The translations under genes and the position numbers were made by a program. Of a stretch of DNA of 64,000 nucleotides, positions 59,685 through 64,000 are shown piece after piece. The number at the start of each line of letters is the position of its first letter. The stretch's first letter is position 1. The notes below the pieces were generated by a model. That model saw only the letters and a program-made list of their open reading frames with translations, did not search any database and had not been told where the DNA came from. Source of the stretch: Eukaryota sp. GEM-RC1 (taxonomy: Eukaryota); contig JAUFOQ010000016.1 of assembly GCA_040285855.1 (NCBI GenBank), positions 1,860,001 to 1,924,000 of the forward strand. The letters run 5' to 3'.

Positions 59685-60379
59685 TTTTTTGTTTATGAAA
59701 GATGTTGACGTTCTGACAATGAGATGATTAGGACGTTATTGTAACATTAAAACTAACATTATCTTTCATTGGACAGTGTCCAATAAATTGTTTTGATACT
59801 AATAGAAATATTTGATGAGAGAACGATTGACATGAATATTGTTTTCCTCTTGCATTTTACAGCACCTTGATGCCAGTTTGAATCACATCTCTGTGAACCG
59901 ATACATGAATTTGAGATGGTTTAGTAATTCATCAATGAGTATTTTTCTGCAGTGTGTAGAACAAAATTGACATAGGAATTGTTTATGTGTTGAAGCGACT
60001 GCACAACAATGAACCAATATCATACGGCTATTAAAACAAATTGATATCAGATAATCAACAAAACATTACAGTAAAGTAATTGAAAAGGGGGCATTAAGGT
60101 CAAAATCCATATCTAAAACTTTTACAAAAACAGAAACTAAATACAAGTACTGCAATGGCTGCCCAAATCTACTGAATAGTTACTCCCATATAACTTGGCC
60201 TAAATCCCGTCAAAATAGCGGTATACATGTCTACGCTTATTTATTTCATAACATCAATTATTTCGTTAGGTATTGTTTTACTCGGTGGCATGGGATTTTG
60301 TTGCAATTTCAGAGAGTTTTCAATTATAGAGGTTGCAATTGGAGAGAGTTTACTGTCTAGTAATTGTTTTAAACCCGAA

Positions 60380-62378
60380 ATGTCTCGGCTTTCTGAAGCC
60401 TCTGAGCTTCGGTCATTAGCTAATTCTCTATTGAAAGTCCGTCAACTTGATGGAGCTAAGAAAGCACAAGACGAACGAGAACGCCTTCTTTCAGAGGCCA
60501 CCACTCTTCTTCAATCAGCTATATCCAAGTTCTCAGGTGAATCCCAACCACAGCACTCCACTTATCAATCCCAACCACAACACTCTTCTTTCCAATCATT
60601 TCCTCCTAGACCAACCAAACGTTCTTTTTTTAGAAGATGCTGCTCAATTAGCTGGAACCCCTCCTCAAATCGTTTCTCATGCTAGAAAATACCTATCTGG
60701 TGCATTATCTGATACTGAAGCTGATTCTCCCGTTGATAATCTCTATTCGTCTCTTCTCTCTGCTGCTAATGAAGCTGAATCACACTCTAAAGAGGAGTTT
60801 GATCAACTAAAGACTCGCCAAGACTCCCTAGAGTCCTCACTTACTGACCTCTCCTCTCACTCCACCTCTCTAGAAAATATGATTTCTCATTTGAATAAGT
60901 CTATTGCTTCATTGTCTGATGGTTTATCTTCATTGAATGTTTCCGAAATGAGAAGTCAAATTAAAGAAAATCAAGATTTGTCTGTTAGTTCATTGTCAAA
61001 AGTTGAAAATTTATCAAAAGTGATTGCAAAACACGGTGAAGTCGTTGAAAGTCTCCCTGCTTTATTGAAAAATACAGCTCATAACACGTGTAAGAAGCTC
61101 TTGGCTAATCACGAGGACAAATTAGCCACGTGGCAGGCTGAGGTTGAAAAGAAAGTATCTGAAGTATCTCGTTCAGAATCAAATTACATGAAATTAGACC
61201 AATTTTCAAATTACAAGACTGATTTAATTCAAAAATGTGAAAATGTAATTAATGATGCACTATCAAATTACTCTGCTAAATTTATTAAAAAAGCTGTTAA
61301 ATCCTCAGAATCCAGTTTGAATGAGAAACTTTCCCAATTTGAAGTTAGAATAGAAGAGCTCTCCAGTCGTGGATTGAATCAACACGTGACAGAAGAGCTC
61401 ACGGAACGAGTGAGTGAGTGTTCAGAAAGAATGTCGAGATATGAAAGAATCTTAAAGGAGTTCAAAGGGAATATGAATAACTTGGATTCGAATTATTCCC
61501 AGTTAGGAAGTGATTTTCAAATTGTGATTAAAAATTTAAAAAAAGTTGGAGAGTCTGTCAATGAATCACAACGGTATCTTGAGTCTGAACTTCAGAAAAG
61601 GGATGATACTCAAAGATTGTTTGAGACAGAGTTGCAAAAGACAGATGAAAAGCAGAGGTATTTTGAGTTGCAATTACAGAAGAAAGATGAAAAACAAAGA
61701 CTTTTCGAGACTGAACTTCAAAAGATAGATGAGAAACACAGATTTTTCGAATCGGAACTTCAGAAAAAAGACCAAATCATTTCGAAATTGGCTCAGAAAC
61801 AGGAAAATTTATTCAATTACCAGCAATCAAATATCCAAACAGTAGATTCACTCCATCCAGTGATCTCTTCTCTAGAGTCAAGAATTCAAGATTTAGAGAA
61901 GTTTATCCACACAAATGAGCAAAAAGAAAGCGCGGAGAAGCTTATACAGTCCGTTTTGGAAAGAGTAGAGCAATCAAAAGAGGAAAAAAAGCCAAAAAGT
62001 CGAAAGTCCAGTCAAAAACACAATCCAATGACGAGTGTAGCTCGTGATGTTCAAGATCTTCTGAGTGATGGACAGTTTACACTCAAAAAATCAACACCAA
62101 TGAAAAGTTTCCATGACAGTTCTAGAGTTGCTCAATCTCCAAAATTTGAGGATTATTTAGTTTCTAATTATCATAATGATTTTGAAACTGTCGAAAGTGG
62201 TTTAAAGACAAGGAAACAACTTCAAGAAGAAGCAAAACTGCTGACGTCATCGCCACGTCAGACTAGGCCGGAGCCCTATCAACCCACTGATTTTGGAACT
62301 CCTAGTCTTTTTACTCCAGCTACAAGGGAGTTTGAGAACAGAGTGCGAGATATTCGGAAGAACTTATCGCAGTTGTGA
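60380..62378 (+). CDS. Long coiled-coil protein with 14-aa repeats; frameshift in the T-run near 60625-60631
   Basis: MSRLSEASELR... joins the 60447 ORF. Five QR.FE.ELQK.DEK-like repeats at about 61570-61775. Confidence 0.65.
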
Positions 62379-62555
62379 TTGTTTTTGTGTAGATTATGTA
62401 TTTTATTGGTCGTTTTTGTGAACGAAGCTTTTCATCCATTATAAACCTTTAAAGAAAGTTTTTCAGTATTTCAATTAAGAACTTTTAGGTTAAAACTGGA
62501 CAATTATACCGTAATTTAAGTAACAGAGGACATTAGGATGGCTTACTTAAAGTGT

Positions 62556-62840
62556 TTTCACAGACCTTTTCAATCCTTCAAGTATTGTTTGTACGGAAAT
62601 TTCGGTTTTTCTACCAAAGGGTTTTTAAATCTATTTCAAAATTTGTGTTCAGAATTTGGCAAGAAGTTTAACAGATCGTACTGGAAGAGTAAATTTGCTT
62701 TTTCGATTTTAAGATCGATGTATAGATATCTTGATTCCATTTTGTCCAAGTTGTTTGGTGGTAACTACTTTTCGGAATTAGGTAGTTCGTTTGATAATTT
62801 CTTTTCGGAATTAGGTAGTTCGTTTGATAATTTGTTTTAG
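62556..62840 (+). mobile_element. Diverged 3' fragment of a related RLE non-LTR retrotransposon
   Basis: FQSF..CLYGNFG...KGFL..F..LCSEFGKKFN..YW....F...RSMYRY..SILSKLFG aligns to the end of the 5459 ORF. Contains a 33-bp tandem duplication at 62768-62833. Confidence 0.8.
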
Positions 62841-63091
62841 TAGTCTTTATTTATTGGTTATTTTCTTGTTGTGTGTTTTTCTCTGTCCACATAAATCCGC
62901 TTTTTATACTTCAAGCAATTATGTATGTGATAAATTTCTATTCCAATTCAACATTACAGGTTTTGTTAATTGTTGATTTAAGAACTTTAGTTGTGCAACA
63001 TACGGATTGGAAGCAAATACTTGAGCTGATCATGACTCATGATTTAACTGAGTGGAGGCAAAAAGTCAAATACTTTTCACCTCAATTACAC

Positions 63092-63760
63092 ATGGCTCTC
63101 AATATTGATTTGGCTTCTTTCGAATCTCAGGTCAACTCCTTTGGCAATTCTATCAGCCAACAACTACAATCTCTTGTTAATGACCACACAACAGAAATGT
63201 CATCACTTCACAACACACATGAGAATCTCGCATCGGAACGTGAACATCTCCAGGCGTTAGTTGAGGAGATGAAAGTCAAATTAGCTGATGAAACCAAATC
63301 CATTGAACATCTTGAGGATCAAATCATTCACACATCATCCTCTAACAGCGTCATTAAGCCTCAGATTGTTGAACTGGAGCAGAAACTAGAACGAGCCAAC
63401 GTCAATGTCGAAGCTAAGGAACATTTCCTTCTCGAACAACGAAAGAAAACTGACCAATATCTATGTAGACTAAATCAGGGGCCTACAATCTTCCGCCAAC
63501 ATTTAGGTCTTTGGTTTGAGAACTTCTCTGGTAAGCTGAAAGTCAACTTTTCCTATCTTGATCCTCTATCGCCCTCGAGGACGTTCTATTTTGTGATTTC
63601 CTTGAACAACGACCTCTACTCGCTCTGTGAGTCTGTCCCTCGTTTGCCTAAAGAAATTCAGGATAAATTGGTTTCAGAACTAAATGAATCCAATCAGCTG
63701 GCAGCCTTTGCAATCAAAATGAGACAGGAATTTGTGAATATTTTAAAATCCAAAGTGTAG
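63092..63760 (+). CDS. SPC25: Kinetochore Ndc80-complex subunit Spc25
   Basis: Coiled coil followed by F.QHLGLWFE....LKVNF..LDP..P.R.F.F.I.....Y.L.ES.P.L...LN..N.L..F...MR..F. Alternative ATG at 63032. Confidence 0.8.
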   Translation: MALNIDLASFESQVNSFGNSISQQLQSLVNDHTTEMSSLHNTHENLASEREHLQALVEEMKVKLADETKSIEHLEDQIIHTSSSNSVIKPQIVELEQKLERANVNVEAKEHFLLEQRKKTDQYLCRLNQGPTIFRQHLGLWFENFSGKLKVNFSYLDPLSPSRTFYFVISLNNDLYSLCESVPRLPKEIQDKLVSELNESNQLAAFAIKMRQEFVNILKSKV

Positions 63761-64000
63761 TTTTTTGTATTTTTTCTGTTTAATTTTCTTCATGTTTGAA
63801 TCCTCTCTGATTCACTTTTTTTGTTGGATTTCGTGGTAGGTTCAGCAATTGTCGAGTTTGTCAGCGTCTTCGTTCGTAGTAATTTGTATTTTTTACTTTT
63901 TTTGTTTCTATTGTTCAAAGACTTAGATGATTCTCTAATGAATCAGTGATATTTGAAATTCTTCATTGGAAACCATAAACGCTGAAGCTAAATCTATGGT

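Larger units (their letters stand above)
57352..59689. repeat. Inverted segmental duplication, copy 2
   Basis: Reverse complement of about 30624-32959. Confidence 0.95.

Noticed and set aside
1..64000. Alternative genetic code or prokaryotic origin
   Set aside because: TAA, TAG and TGA all end conserved genes at expected positions. ORF breaks are frameshifts rather than in-frame stops, and the genes and introns are eukaryotic.

Overview
Eukaryotic, not prokaryotic: a very compact protist genome with mostly intronless genes, a few 29-34 nt GT-AG introns and divergent gene pairs often <100 bp apart. CFAP77 suggests a flagellate. Housekeeping genes: RPA1, PRP3, two cyclin-fold proteins, NAP1, RPS13, FCF1, SKA1, two PRP19 copies, striatin, Ap4A phosphorylase, a Rab, MetRS, TTC5, FCF2, a Cet1-type RNA triphosphatase, USP14, SPC25, tRNA-Tyr and two tRNA-Val. 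Many genes are split by single-base indels, mostly in homopolymer runs, which are most likely assembly errors. The standout is a Fanzor (eukaryotic TnpB-derived RNA-guided nuclease) at 48706-50504. It has one homopolymer frameshift, all three predicted RuvC acidic residues, and a structured omegaRNA-like segment right after the stop codon. It has no neighbouring transposase, and a diverged N-terminal-only paralog lies at 41519-41845. Other mobile DNA: three hAT-type non-autonomous elements with 8-bp TSDs, three 3' fragments of an RLE-type non-LTR retrotransposon, a ~2.3 kb inverted duplication (PRP19 + tRNA-Val) and local tandem duplications. All calls come from reading motifs by eye; no searches were run.
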